Assembly: GCA_964645765.1 (NCBI GenBank)
Contig: CAZYBE010000001.1
Location: 7,456-71,455, forward strand
Source: an uncultured Eubacteriales bacterium
GTDB taxonomy: Bacteria > Acidobacteriota > Aminicenantia > Aminicenantales > Aminicenantaceae
Length of the DNA: 64,000 bases
Reading direction: 5' to 3'
Part shown: positions 1 through 10,456 of the stretch, in pieces
Layout of the letters: each line of letters starts with the position of its first letter
Numbering within the stretch: position 1 is the first letter of the stretch
The notes under the pieces: model-generated
What the model was told of the DNA's origin: nothing
Seen by the model: only the letters and a program-made list of their open reading frames with translations
Databases searched by the model: none
Made by a program: the position numbers and the translations under genes

Positions 1-61
1 AGTAACTTTGTTAAGTATCTGATAAAACGATAAGAGCGAAAAAAAGCCTCTGAAGGAGGTT

Positions 62-268
62 ATGATGTTTCTATTCGGTCCAATCGGCCCGACAGAGCTT
101 CTTCTCGTAGTTCTGATTGTCGTCATCATCTTCGGCGCAAGAAGGCTCCCAGAACTGGGCAAGTCTTTAGGAGAAGGCATAAAGAACTTCCGAAAATCTT
201 TCTCGTCAAAAGAAAAAGAAAACGAAACCCATCCAGAAAAACCCAAGCCACCGAATAAGGAAGAATGA
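62..268 (+). CDS. tatA: Twin-arginine translocase subunit TatA/E
   Basis: 68 aa. N-terminal '[42 protein letters not shown]' is the canonical TatA TM helix plus amphipathic helix. An AGGAGG SD lies upstream. Confidence 0.9.
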   Translation: MMFLFGPIGPTELLLVVLIVVIIFGARRLPELGKSLGEGIKNFRKSFSSKEKENETHPEKPKPPNKEE

Positions 269-376
269 CAGGCCCTATTGGAAAAACCTGCCCCGCAATC
301 CATAAAAACTCTAGCTCTTAAATTTTGTAAACCTCCTTCAGCTCTTAAAATCATTTGATACTCGCGGCCAAAAAAG

Positions 377-1294
377 ATGCCAGTCTTTGCCGGGTTTGAC
401 TTAGGGGGGACGCAGCTTAAGTACGGACTGGTTGACTCTCGCGGCCAAATCCTTCTTGAACAGAAGGCAGCCACACCATCGACAATCGAAGGCTTGCTCC
501 ATCTCCTCAAAAATATCTGGGAAGACCTCAAGAGAAGAGAAAAGAAAGGGATTAAAGCTGTGGGCTTTGGATTCCCCGGCATCTACAGTCTAAAAAAAAG
601 GCGCATTCTCCAATCACCCAATTATAGGGAACTCGACAACTTCGAGCTCAACCCTGCTCTTTCCCGGTTCATCGAAGTTCCGTTCTGGGTGAACAATGAT
701 GCCAACTTGGCTGCCTTCGGCGAGTTTAAGTGCGGGGCGGGTAAGGATGCTCAAAGCTTGGTTTTCTTTACCATAGGAACCGGTGTCGGTTCAGGAATCA
801 TCCTTGATGCCAAGCTCTGGATGGGCAAATGCGGCTATGGGGGAGAGCTGGGCCATATGATTGTCAATCCTGAAGGAGAGCGGTGTAACTGCGGAGGAAA
901 GGGCTGTCTGGAAACAGAAGTTTCAGCATCAAAGATTGTGAAAAAATACAACGCTTTGAAAAAGGCAGAAGAGGATATTTCTTCAGAAGAGGTTTTCCTC
1001 CGGGCTAAAAAAGGGGATGAGCATGCCCGTCGAGCTTTTGCTCAGGCAGGCTATTATCTGGGTATCGGACTTGGCACAGTCATAAATTTCCTGAACCCGG
1101 AGAAAATTCTCATCGGAGGCGCTGTCATGGCTGCGGGTAACTTGCTCCTTTTGCCTGCCATCGAAGAAGCAAGGAAGAGAGCGTTCAAGGCATCCTTCGA
1201 ATGTTGCCAGATTAAAAAGGCAACCCTCGGAAACAAAGCCGGATTTATCGGCGCAGCCATGTGGGCAAAAGATCAATTAGAAAAATCTGGCTAA
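377..1294 (+). CDS. ROK family sugar kinase (glucokinase-like)
   Basis: N-terminal 'GFDLGGTQLKYGLVD' ATP-binding motif and ROK zinc motif 'CNCGGKGCLE'; 305 aa. Confidence 0.85.
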   Translation: MPVFAGFDLGGTQLKYGLVDSRGQILLEQKAATPSTIEGLLHLLKNIWEDLKRREKKGIKAVGFGFPGIYSLKKRRILQSPNYRELDNFELNPALSRFIEVPFWVNNDANLAAFGEFKCGAGKDAQSLVFFTIGTGVGSGIILDAKLWMGKCGYGGELGHMIVNPEGERCNCGGKGCLETEVSASKIVKKYNALKKAEEDISSEEVFLRAKKGDEHARRAFAQAGYYLGIGLGTVINFLNPEKILIGGAVMAAGNLLLLPAIEEARKRAFKASFECCQIKKATLGNKAGFIGAAMWAKDQLEKSG

Positions 1295-1300
1295 CTCCTT

Positions 1301-2656
1301 TCAATCGACTGTTTCTGGATTGACCATGAAGTCTCTCAGGAATTCAAAATCCTGGGCCGTGATGCTTCCTCCGATGTAAGGAAATACGAGCTTATTGTGG
1401 AGTAAGGGGTCTCCATCCCGGGCTAACAGGCCTTTTCTGACAAGACCCTGCCATTCGTCAGTGCCCGGAACAGGGGAGAAAAAAGCCAGCCTCGGCCTGG
1501 CACCCAGGCGGCGAACATGAAGGATGCTCTCTTTCGCTGCAGCAATATCTTGACCCGGGAGTCCGACCAGGAGATAGACGCTGACCTCCTGTCGGCTGTA
1601 ACCAGCCTTCTCAAGGTGATGGAGCGCTCTCTCCAAATCTCCCTCTGAAAGTTTTGGGCAAGATTTGGCCAGCAGGTCTTTATCAAAGAATTCCTGGCTG
1701 AGGAAAAGACTCTGAAAGTTTGCTTTTTTGAAAAGAGAGGCGAGCTCAAAGTCAACCTCTTTCAGATGAAGGCCGTTGGGTGTGTGAAAAACAAGCGGAA
1801 GATTTCTTCGAATGACCTCTCTCAGGATGGGAAGAAAATGATGCTCCTTGTTGATAAGAAGGGCGTCATCGTAAAAAACAAAATTTCGAGTCTTATAATT
1901 ATTATAATGGCTTTCTATCTCCGAGACGACAGAAGAAGGATTCCTCTGCTCAAAATTTTGACAGAGCAGCGCAACCGCGCAGAAAGAGCAGTTGAAAGGG
2001 CAGCCTCTCGATGTCAGGACGGAAAGCGTCTCTTTATTCCTCATCAAATCAAAACAAGGCCAGGGAATCTCGTCAAGATATTCATAACGGTAATCAGGAC
2101 ATGAGCTATCCCCTAAGACTTGCCTGACCAGAGGAAGGAGGCCTCTCTCCGCCGGTCCCTGAAAAACAAGGTCAGCCCCGGAAAAGCGGCAGGCGTGCTT
2201 GGGCATCAAGGTGGAATACACTCCGCCCAGAACGATAGGAACCTGCCCGAATTTCCTGCGGATGAGCTCGACAACAAGCTGAACGCCTGGATACCAATAG
2301 GTCATGGTGCAGGTGACGAGAACAAGGTCAGGACAGGGAATTTTCTCAAGCTCACGGGAGAAAAGCTGGAGAGGAATTCCGTAGCGGGAGTATTTTCTGG
2401 GAATATTCTTCAGCGGAGCAGGCTTCGGAACTTCTTCCTTGGGAAAAGGGCCTCTTCCATCAGGCTTGCTTCTGTATTTTTTTTCTAAAAGAGAATGATG
2501 GCGGTCCAAGCAGTCGATAAAATGAAGCCGAAAGCTGGTGTGCTTTTTTAGAAGCGAAGCGACATAGAAAAGGCCGAGAGGCTTCAGCCAGAAATCATAA
2601 GCCGTGAAATCGTAAATCCAGGGATTAATGAGAAGGATGTTCTTTCTGGAAGGCAT
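1301..2656 (-). CDS. B12-binding domain radical SAM protein
   Basis: 'CPFNCSFC' CxxxCxxC radical-SAM cluster motif preceded by an N-terminal cobalamin-binding-like domain; 451 aa. Confidence 0.75.
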   Translation of the reverse strand: MPSRKNILLINPWIYDFTAYDFWLKPLGLFYVASLLKKHTSFRLHFIDCLDRHHSLLEKKYRSKPDGRGPFPKEEVPKPAPLKNIPRKYSRYGIPLQLFSRELEKIPCPDLVLVTCTMTYWYPGVQLVVELIRRKFGQVPIVLGGVYSTLMPKHACRFSGADLVFQGPAERGLLPLVRQVLGDSSCPDYRYEYLDEIPWPCFDLMRNKETLSVLTSRGCPFNCSFCAVALLCQNFEQRNPSSVVSEIESHYNNYKTRNFVFYDDALLINKEHHFLPILREVIRRNLPLVFHTPNGLHLKEVDFELASLFKKANFQSLFLSQEFFDKDLLAKSCPKLSEGDLERALHHLEKAGYSRQEVSVYLLVGLPGQDIAAAKESILHVRRLGARPRLAFFSPVPGTDEWQGLVRKGLLARDGDPLLHNKLVFPYIGGSITAQDFEFLRDFMVNPETVD

Positions 2657-2699
2657 CTATCTCTTTTGGTCTATCGGGCAGGGCCCCTTTTTATTGAAT

Positions 2700-2787
2700 T
2701 GGTGCGGAAGGTGGGACTCGAACCCACACGGTCTTATCGACCATAAACTCCTGAGGCTTACGCGTCTACCAATTCCGCCACTTCCGC
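2700..2787 (-). tRNA. tRNA-Leu (anticodon CAG), type II with long variable arm, CCA encoded
   Basis: The reverse complement folds as a cloverleaf: acceptor GCGGAAG/CTTCCGC, anticodon loop CTCAGGA, long variable arm, T-loop GGGTTCGAGTCCCAC, 3' CCA. Confidence 0.9.
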
Positions 2788-2986
2788 ACTCAGCGATAAT
2801 GAACAGCTTGTTTCGATTATGGCTTATTATAATTACATTCCGCCGAAGAGTAAAGACGGACAGCAGCGGAAAAAATTGCTTGACAAAAGCGAATACAATT
2901 CTTATTTTTATTGTTAAGGGTTGCATGTTAGGACTGCTTCAAAGAGAAAATTATTTCATACTTTTATTTTCAAAAAAGGAGGTCTG

Positions 2987-4135
2987 ATGAAACTTTTAAG
3001 CCGCCATCAAGTGGAGAACCTCTCCAAGTTCAAGAGTGAAAAATATTTAACAACCTCTTTTTATCTCAACACAGACAAAAGTCGGATGACAAAAAAAGAA
3101 ATAGCTCTTTCTTTGAAAAATCTTCTCAGCAGCGGAAAATTGCAGGCAGAGCAGATGGAAATGAGCAGGGAGAAGAAAGAGTCGCTTTTCCAAGACCTCG
3201 ATAAAATAAACCGCTTCTGTCTCGAACAGCTCGGCTCTTACAATTTCCACGGACTGGCCATATTCTCCTGCAGCGGCCAGAACTTCTGGCAACTTTTTAA
3301 CCTTCCCAGCCCGCCACGGAACAGAATCATCTTCGACCAGAATTCCTATGTCCGGCCCCTTTCGGCGATACTGGACGAGCATCGCCGCATTTTTGCCCTG
3401 ATTCTGCACCGGAGAGAAGCCAGATGGTACGACATTTTCATGGGGGAAATCACATCGCTCGAGAGCCTTTCGAGCGATGTCCCGAGCAAAGTCAGGGAAG
3501 GAGGCTTCGAAGGCTATGAATCGAAGAGAATCGAAAGGCACATTGCCACTCACCTCCATGACCATTTCAAGAAGGTCGCTCAAAAGACTTTCGATTTATT
3601 CAAGAAGAATCATTTTGACTGGCTCTTTCTGGGATGCAACGAGAAATACCGGGCAGACTTCGAGCCCCTCCTCCATCCCTATCTCAAAAGCAGGCTGCGG
3701 GGCTGGCTCAAGGCCATGCCCACCGATTCTGCGGCATCCATCCTCAAAGAATCGCTGGAACTGGAGAAAAATCTAAAAAAGGAAGAAGAAGGGGAGATCG
3801 TTCAGAATTTTGTCTCGGAACTGGAGAAGGGTGGCTTGGCTGTTTCAGGATTAAAAAATACACTCTCCAGCCTTAATCGCGGGGAGACCTTGACTCTGCT
3901 CATCACCCGCAACTTCTCAGCTCCGGGAAGAATCTGTCCTCAGTGCTACTCCCTGTTTATCGAAGAGCTCCGCTGCCCGACTTGTCAGAAGAAGACTGAA
4001 AAAGTGGTGGATGTCGTTGACGAAGCCGTAGAGGCGGCCATGAATAAACAGAGCACTGTCAAGCACATCAACCCTCCTTCAAGATTGAATAGATACGGAA
4101 AAATCGGAGCCCTGCTCAGGTACAAGACACAATAA
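2987..4135 (+). CDS. eRF1/Pelota-like (baeRF-type) domain protein with C-terminal C4 zinc ribbon
   Basis: AGGAGG SD before the ATG at 2987. The central region 'GLAVSGLKNTLSSLNRGETLTLLIT' resembles eRF1/Pelota domain 3 (AVYGxxEVxxALExGAVxTLLI). The C-terminus has 'CPQC...CPTC'. Family assignment is by motif recall only. Confidence 0.4.
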   Translation: MKLLSRHQVENLSKFKSEKYLTTSFYLNTDKSRMTKKEIALSLKNLLSSGKLQAEQMEMSREKKESLFQDLDKINRFCLEQLGSYNFHGLAIFSCSGQNFWQLFNLPSPPRNRIIFDQNSYVRPLSAILDEHRRIFALILHRREARWYDIFMGEITSLESLSSDVPSKVREGGFEGYESKRIERHIATHLHDHFKKVAQKTFDLFKKNHFDWLFLGCNEKYRADFEPLLHPYLKSRLRGWLKAMPTDSAASILKESLELEKNLKKEEEGEIVQNFVSELEKGGLAVSGLKNTLSSLNRGETLTLLITRNFSAPGRICPQCYSLFIEELRCPTCQKKTEKVVDVVDEAVEAAMNKQSTVKHINPPSRLNRYGKIGALLRYKTQ

Positions 4136-4140
4136 AAAAT

Positions 4141-4172
4141 TAATGCGTGTTTTTTCACCACCCAGCCTGAGC
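4141..4172. repeat. 32-bp remnant of a family-1 repeat right end
   Basis: ttaatgcGTGTTTTttCAcCACCCAGCCTGAgc matches the right terminus of copy A (ttaatgca..gcgtgttttcaaaccacccagcctgatcc). It lies between two convergent genes. Confidence 0.6.
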
Positions 4173-4184
4173 TATATCTTTATA

Positions 4185-7100
4185 TTATTTAGCCCTTGAA
4201 AACTTGACCTTGTCAAACAAGCTGTAGATGATGGGGATGACAAACAGAGTCAGAAAAGTCGTGGCTGTCAACCCTCCGAGAACCGTAATCGCCATCGGAG
4301 CCCGCATCTCCGACCCCTCTGAGGTGCTAATAGCCATGGGCAGCATTCCGACGATTGTCGTCAGAGCCGTGACGAGAACAGGCCGGAGTCGAGTTACGCA
4401 GCCCTGAAGAATGGCTTCTTTCTTCTCCACCCCTCTCCTCTTCAATTGGTTGATGTAGTCAATCATGACGATGGCGTTGTTGACAGCAATTCCTGCAAGG
4501 AGGATGACGCCAATCAGGGCCGCGAGGCTGATGGGCTGGCCCGAGACAAGCAAAGCCAGGATAACTCCAATTATAGCCAGGGGAATGGTGAACATGATAA
4601 TGAAAGGATGGAGGAAGGACTCGAACTGGGAAGCCATGATCATATAAACCAGGAGCGTTGCCAGGGCAAAGGCACCAGCCATGATTTTAAAGGCGTCTGT
4701 CATCTGTTCGTACTGGCCGCCGATTTCAACAAAGTAACCTGAAGGCAATCCCTTTTCAATTTCAGCTGTTCTCGTTTTAATGTCTCTGACAACGCTGCCC
4801 AAATCCCTGCCAGCGATATTGGCGCTCACGGTAACGACCCGGGCCTGGTTCTCCCTCGTTATTTTGATAGGGCCTTCACCTCTTGATATCGAAGCGACCT
4901 GGTCTAAACGGGCCATGGTCTTTAAAGGAGTCATGATGGGAATGTTTCTTATATCATCCACGGTATCCCTGAACTTTTCATCAAAACGAATACGAATATC
5001 GATTTCTTCATCCCCTTCCCTGTATCTAGTGGCCACCTTTCCCAAGGCTGCTGTCTGGACAGCATCAGCCACCTGGCTAACCATCAAACCCATCCGCGAT
5101 GCCTGCTCCCTGTTTACGGAGATGTGATATTCGGGTTTTCCTTTGGCAAGAGAATGGGTGACATCCCTCAATCCCTCCACATTGTTGATTCTGTTGACCA
5201 TGTTGTCGGCTATCTCTTTAAGTACAGGCAGCTCTTTGCCAAAGATTTTTATCTCTACAGCTGACCCGGCTCCTCCCATCATCATCTGGCTCATATCCAG
5301 GGCCTCAAACTTAACATCTTTTAATTTAGGGAGCTTCCCTCGAATCCTTTCTAAGATTTGAGCATCGGTAAGCTTTCTTTTATTCCTGTCAACCAGTCCT
5401 ACCCAGAGAAGCCCATGATGAGTCCCCTCGATGCCGAAGCCTCCGGCTGCATCAGCAGGGTTATCCTCTGCTTGAGAGCCGACTTGAGCCGTTATGACTT
5501 TTATCAACGGCTCCTGAGCCATCAGGTTTTCCACTATCTGGACAACTCTGTCTGTCTCTTCAATTGACGTTCCTACAGGCATTTTGACAGAAAGGATGAA
5601 CATGCTCCGGTCCATGGAAGGCATAAATTCTGTCCCGAGGAAAGGAATGATGGCCAAGGAGAGCAAGAACAAGCCTAATGTTCCTCCGAGAACCCGCCAC
5701 CTGCGCTCCAGCGACCACTTCAATAATTTCCTGTAAAAATTCCTGGCTTTGTCGAACCGGCCGGCAAGCCTGGTTACTCCCTCTTTATTCTGTCTGGCGC
5801 TGACCTTGAAGAGTAAAGATGCAACAAGAGGAACAATTGTCAAAGCAACAAAGAGCGAGGCGATCAGAGAGAAAGCTATGGCCAGAGCCAGCCCGCGCGT
5901 CAACTTACCCGTGATTCCCCGGGCAAAGACCATGGGGAAGAATACAGCAATGGTGGTTAATGTTGAAGCGGTGATGGCCATTCCCACTTCAGAGGCGCCG
6001 ATCTTTGCCGCCTCATTCCTCGGCTTCCCTTCTTCGATGTGACGAAAGGTGTTCTCGATGACAACGATGGCATTATCGACTAGCATCCCAACACCCAAGG
6101 CCAAGCCGCCAAGAGTCAATAAGTTGAGGGTATAGCCGGCGAGGTAAAAGGCGATGAAGGTGGTGATGATCGAAAGAGGGATGGCCAGGGCGATGGTGAT
6201 CGTCGGACGCCAGTTTTGAACAAAGATAAGAATAAAAAGAATGGCCAGGAAGCCGCCAACCACAGCGTTATTCACTGTCCTGTCAACAGCTTGCTGGATC
6301 ATGTCTGATTGGTCAAAAACAGAGTAAAATTTGATATCAGGAGGAAGGATTTGACTTATCTTCGCCAGCTCTTTTTTAACGTCTTTGGCGGTGATAACAG
6401 TATTAGCCCCGGAGCGCTTGTTGATGATCAAATAAACTGCCTTCTGGCCCTGGATTCTTGCCAGATAACGGGCCTCTTTCATTGTATCTTTAACATCTGC
6501 CACATCCCGAAGGTAAATAGGCTGACCGACTTGAGTCGAGCCAACCACAGTGTTGCGAATATCGTTTGTAGATTTGAATTCGCCGAGACTCCTCACTAAA
6601 AATTCATAATGCCTCTCCACAATCCGTCCTCCAGGAAGGTTCAGGTTTTCCATCCTGAGAGCAAGAAGAATCTGGTCGAGCGAAAGGCCAAGGGATTCAA
6701 GAGCTGCTTTGTTGATGTCAACCAGAATCTCTCTGATATCTGTGGAGAAAACCTGGGCTGAGGCCACTCCTTCAATTCTATCCAGCCGGGAGGAGACTTC
6801 ATCCTTGATCAATTGCTGGAGCTCATAAGTCGGCATCCTTCCCGAGGTTATGCCATAAAAAATAACTGGGATCTGGGAAAGGCTGAATTTCACCACCAAA
6901 GGATTTGAGGCATCCTCAGGGAGGTAGCTCCGGTAAAGACCAATCTGGTCCCTGACATCCTGGGCGGCGAAATCGAGGTTTGTCCCCCACTCGAATTCGA
7001 CCAAAACCAAGGAAACCCCTTCTGAGGTTATCGAGTTGACTTTTTTTACACCACCGACAGAGTTTATGACTTGCTCCAAAGGCTTGGTGATTGTATTCTC

Positions 7101-7277
7101 GATATCCTCTGGAGAAGCGCCGCGATAGGTGGTGATCACAGAGACTGTCGGAAATTCAATATCAGGGAAAAAATCCAGGCCGAGCTTGGTCAAAGCGATA
7201 AACCCTAAAACGACCAAAATCATGGCCAGCATGGCTGTTGTGACTTTGCGGTTGACAGAAAAATCTGGAAGTTTCAT
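4185..7277 (-). CDS. RND efflux transporter permease (AcrB/HAE1 family)
   Basis: 1030 aa with 12-TM topology and conserved AcrB-type periplasmic/TM segments. Its start codon overlaps the adaptor-gene stop. Confidence 0.95.
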   Translation of the reverse strand: MKLPDFSVNRKVTTAMLAMILVVLGFIALTKLGLDFFPDIEFPTVSVITTYRGASPEDIENTITKPLEQVINSVGGVKKVNSITSEGVSLVLVEFEWGTNLDFAAQDVRDQIGLYRSYLPEDASNPLVVKFSLSQIPVIFYGITSGRMPTYELQQLIKDEVSSRLDRIEGVASAQVFSTDIREILVDINKAALESLGLSLDQILLALRMENLNLPGGRIVERHYEFLVRSLGEFKSTNDIRNTVVGSTQVGQPIYLRDVADVKDTMKEARYLARIQGQKAVYLIINKRSGANTVITAKDVKKELAKISQILPPDIKFYSVFDQSDMIQQAVDRTVNNAVVGGFLAILFILIFVQNWRPTITIALAIPLSIITTFIAFYLAGYTLNLLTLGGLALGVGMLVDNAIVVIENTFRHIEEGKPRNEAAKIGASEVGMAITASTLTTIAVFFPMVFARGITGKLTRGLALAIAFSLIASLFVALTIVPLVASLLFKVSARQNKEGVTRLAGRFDKARNFYRKLLKWSLERRWRVLGGTLGLFLLSLAIIPFLGTEFMPSMDRSMFILSVKMPVGTSIEETDRVVQIVENLMAQEPLIKVITAQVGSQAEDNPADAAGGFGIEGTHHGLLWVGLVDRNKRKLTDAQILERIRGKLPKLKDVKFEALDMSQMMMGGAGSAVEIKIFGKELPVLKEIADNMVNRINNVEGLRDVTHSLAKGKPEYHISVNREQASRMGLMVSQVADAVQTAALGKVATRYREGDEEIDIRIRFDEKFRDTVDDIRNIPIMTPLKTMARLDQVASISRGEGPIKITRENQARVVTVSANIAGRDLGSVVRDIKTRTAEIEKGLPSGYFVEIGGQYEQMTDAFKIMAGAFALATLLVYMIMASQFESFLHPFIIMFTIPLAIIGVILALLVSGQPISLAALIGVILLAGIAVNNAIVMIDYINQLKRRGVEKKEAILQGCVTRLRPVLVTALTTIVGMLPMAISTSEGSEMRAPMAITVLGGLTATTFLTLFVIPIIYSLFDKVKFSRAK

Positions 7278-8383
7278 TCTATGACCTCTTCAATTTTTAT
7301 TTTTGCCCCGTCCTCAAGGCCGTAGTTCCCCTCGATGACAACCAGGTCTCCTTCCTTGAGCCCTCCGGTAACTTCTATAAGCTCTGAATTCTGAAGGCCC
7401 AGAAAGACTTCTCTTCTCTGAGCCACATCTCCCTGGGCAAGGAAGACATATTTATTCTCGAGCACAGCCTTCTGAGGAATGACCAAAGCGTTTTCATGGG
7501 TGCTGACTTCGAGTGTTATCTCGCCAAAAGTGTTAGGCCTTAGGACCAAATCAGGGTTTTCAACCATGATTTCAACCTTGAATTTCTTGGTCAGCGGGTC
7601 GGCCGTCATATTGACAAGAGAAACGTGGCCCTCAAAAACTCTATCCGGGATGGCCATAACTCTGAGATGGGCGATCTGGCCTTTTTTGATGCGGACAAAA
7701 TCCTGCTGAGAAACATCGGATGCTATTTTTATTCGAGAGAAATCCATGAGCGTTAGAACACCGCTCGTCGGAGAAAAGCCGCCCATCATCGGGTTGATGA
7801 CATCTCCGACTTCAGCGTTTCTTGATGCAACGATCCCGCTGAAGGGAGCCTTCATCAAAGAAACACCAAGGCTGTGCTGTGCCAAATTCAATGCCGCTCG
7901 AGCCTGTTGAAGCTGGGCTTCAGCCGCTTCATAAGCGAGCTTAACTTTCTCATACTGCTGGTCTGAAACTGCTTTTTCCTGTTTCAAGCGCTCCATCCTC
8001 TCCATGTTTTTCTGAGCATCATTATAATTCGCCTCAGCAACGGCCAAACCCGCTTTGGCCGCTTCGAGCTGAAGGCGGATGGCCCTTGTGTCCAGCTCGG
8101 CTAGAAGCTGTCCTTCCTCGACTCTGTCTCCCTCCTGGACATAGATCTTGGCGATTTTTCCTCCAACATCAGGTGTTATGTTGATTTTCTTCCAAGCTTC
8201 AATCACTCCTGTATAAAATAGTTTCTCGGAAATTTTCTGCTTCTTGACTTTGAAGACCTTGACTGAAGTGGCAATAAAAGTTTCTTCCTTTACAGTTTCT
8301 TTCTTGCTCTGCGAGCAGCGGATGGAAAAGGAAAGAAAAAGGAGAAGAAGAGCAAGAACTTTTGCGACTTTTGCTTTTTTCAT
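7274..8383 (-). CDS. RND efflux periplasmic adaptor (membrane fusion protein, HlyD/AcrA family)
   Basis: Signal/lipoprotein N-terminus, coiled-coil hairpin and beta-barrel domains. Start chosen at the MKKAKV codon, which has a strong GGAGGAG SD; the ORF track extends to 8416. Confidence 0.9.
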   Translation of the reverse strand: MKKAKVAKVLALLLLFLSFSIRCSQSKKETVKEETFIATSVKVFKVKKQKISEKLFYTGVIEAWKKINITPDVGGKIAKIYVQEGDRVEEGQLLAELDTRAIRLQLEAAKAGLAVAEANYNDAQKNMERMERLKQEKAVSDQQYEKVKLAYEAAEAQLQQARAALNLAQHSLGVSLMKAPFSGIVASRNAEVGDVINPMMGGFSPTSGVLTLMDFSRIKIASDVSQQDFVRIKKGQIAHLRVMAIPDRVFEGHVSLVNMTADPLTKKFKVEIMVENPDLVLRPNTFGEITLEVSTHENALVIPQKAVLENKYVFLAQGDVAQRREVFLGLQNSELIEVTGGLKEGDLVVIEGNYGLEDGAKIKIEEVIE

Positions 8384-8412
8384 TTGACTCCTCCATGCAT
8401 CTTTCAAGATTC

Positions 8413-9768
8413 TCATTCTTTTTTCACTTTTGCGTTCATCCCTTCCAGGTCAACTCCCATCGCTTTCTCGAGCTGTGCTCGAGAGATAACATAATCGTAT
8501 AAGGCCTGGGAATAATTTGTCTTAGCCTGGCTAAGGGCGGCTTGAGCAGAGCTGACATCGAGAGTTGTCGCCATCCCCTCAGAAAAATTCAGCTCGGCTA
8601 TTCTCAAACTCTCCTGTGCCTGTTCAACGTTTTTTTCTTGAGAAAGGAGGGATTCATGGGCCTCCTTCAGCTTCAGGATGGCCTGTCTGACTTCGAATTT
8701 TATCATCTCCTGAAGCCCTTTATCGGCAAGCTCTATCTCTTTAATCATGGCCTTGGACTGAGCCACCCTGGCGGAAGCGGCAAAACCATTAAAGATTGGA
8801 ATGGAGAAGGCAAGATTTACTGTATAATAGCTTTGCCAATTGTCTTTTCCGAAATTGAGGTTATCAGCCCAGAAGTTGTAATTCCCGGATAAAGCGACGG
8901 TCGGCAGACTGGAGGCCCGAGCCATCTTCAGCATCTCTCCTGCCATCTCTTTCTGATACCTGACCTGGCTGACTTCAGGTCTGTTGAAAAGCGCCTTGGC
9001 AATCGACTCTTCCAAATCAGGCTCGAAAGGCTCAAAAGCCAGCTCTCCTTTAATTTCAACTTCCTGGGAAAGGTCGAGCCCGAGCAGAGTTTTTAAAGCA
9101 AGTTCTGCAATCTTCAAGCTGTTGCGGGTCCTGATCAATTGAGGCTTCAGGTTGGCGACCTGAACTTCAGACCTCAAAAGGTCAAACCTGGAGGCCATGC
9201 CGACTTCATAGAGACTCTTGACATTCTTATAATGTTTCTCCACAACTTCTACAGCTTCCTCGGCCACATTGACGAAATTCTTGGCGAGAAGACAACTGTA
9301 AAAAGCCAGCTTGGTGTTGAAAACAGTCGTCTGCTTGGACTGCCTCACTCCTTCTTCAGTGGAAAGAAGATTGTAGTTGGCTTGCTTGAACCCAGAGGTC
9401 AAACGGCCGCTGGTAAAGATGGGGAGGGTCAGGGATAAGGAGAATTGATAATCCTTGGTAAAGTCGATAGACATTCTCTGCGGAGGTTGACCTGGAACAA
9501 AGGAAGGGAATTCCAGGACGAAAAGCTTTTCATCAAGGGTTTGGAGCCCCTGGGCATTCAGCGAGGGGAAAAAGCTCGCTGCAGCTTCCCTGACCTGAGC
9601 TCTGGCCGTTTCCACTTTCTCTTCAGCAACCAGATAATTTGGGTTCTGAGCTAAAGCCAGGCGGAGGCTCTCCTCAAGGGTCAGAGTCAGTGTTCCCTGA
9701 GGAAAGGAAAATTTAATTGAAGAAAAGACCAACAGGGCAACCCATAACAGTCTTCTTACTTTCTTCAT
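8413..9768 (-). CDS. TolC-family outer membrane efflux protein
   Basis: 451 aa with signal peptide and two repeated OEP coiled-coil/beta segments. Lies upstream of the MFP-RND pair. Confidence 0.9.
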   Translation of the reverse strand: MKKVRRLLWVALLVFSSIKFSFPQGTLTLTLEESLRLALAQNPNYLVAEEKVETARAQVREAAASFFPSLNAQGLQTLDEKLFVLEFPSFVPGQPPQRMSIDFTKDYQFSLSLTLPIFTSGRLTSGFKQANYNLLSTEEGVRQSKQTTVFNTKLAFYSCLLAKNFVNVAEEAVEVVEKHYKNVKSLYEVGMASRFDLLRSEVQVANLKPQLIRTRNSLKIAELALKTLLGLDLSQEVEIKGELAFEPFEPDLEESIAKALFNRPEVSQVRYQKEMAGEMLKMARASSLPTVALSGNYNFWADNLNFGKDNWQSYYTVNLAFSIPIFNGFAASARVAQSKAMIKEIELADKGLQEMIKFEVRQAILKLKEAHESLLSQEKNVEQAQESLRIAELNFSEGMATTLDVSSAQAALSQAKTNYSQALYDYVISRAQLEKAMGVDLEGMNAKVKKE

Positions 9769-9787
9769 TTTGATACTCCTTTTAACC

Positions 9788-10456
9788 TTATCTGTCCTTT
9801 TTTATCCCGGAGAGGAAAAAAGTATGGAGCAAATCAGTGCTTTCGTTTATGCTATATTCTCTTTCACGCATAGGGCCTCTGATATAAAATCCCCGGACCA
9901 TGGCTCCAAAGACAAAAGCAGCATCCTTAACGTCCATTTTTCTAAATTCACCGGATTCGGTTCCCTCCTTGATAATATCACAGATAACATTAAAGATTTT
10001 TTCCATCTTCATCTTTAACTTATGCGGAATTTTTGGATGGGCGATGGATATCCAATTTCCTTTTCTGGAACGAAGGTTCATAATCCTTTTCATTGCCTCT
10101 CTTTCCATAAAGAGAATCCGAGCTATGTTTTTCTTCTTCTGGCTGTAGGAAGAGATGAAATAAATCACTTCCTTCAATTTCTTTTCAGCACTCACCTTCT
10201 CCTTCTGAATTTTCATCAATCTTTTCTCGGATTCCTCAAAAGCGTTGCTAATAATCTCCATAAATATCTCTTTTTTGCTTGCAAAATACTTGTAGAGAGT
10301 TGCCTTGGAAAATTGAACTTCTCCGGCGATGTCGTCCACTCTTGTCGAGCTATAGCCTTTCCGGCCAAAAACTCTTTCAGCGGCTTCTAAGATGAATTTC
10401 TTGTTCTGCTTCTTTCTGAGATTATCCCTTTTAATCCTTAAGTTACTTTTCATCAT
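9788..10456 (-). CDS. TetR/AcrR family transcriptional regulator (likely efflux operon regulator)
   Basis: N-terminal HTH 'RVFGRKGYSSTRVDDIAGEVQFSKATLYKYFASKKEIF'. First gene of the TetR-TolC-MFP-RND cluster. Confidence 0.9.
   Translation of the reverse strand: MMKSNLRIKRDNLRKKQNKKFILEAAERVFGRKGYSSTRVDDIAGEVQFSKATLYKYFASKKEIFMEIISNAFEESEKRLMKIQKEKVSAEKKLKEVIYFISSYSQKKKNIARILFMEREAMKRIMNLRSRKGNWISIAHPKIPHKLKMKMEKIFNVICDIIKEGTESGEFRKMDVKDAAFVFGAMVRGFYIRGPMREREYSINESTDLLHTFFLSGIKKDR

Noticed and set aside
4446-7000. Multiple 60-115 aa ORFs antisense within the RND permease and adaptor genes
   Set aside because: They are fully embedded antisense to a 1030-aa conserved transporter gene, with no SD and no recognisable motif.
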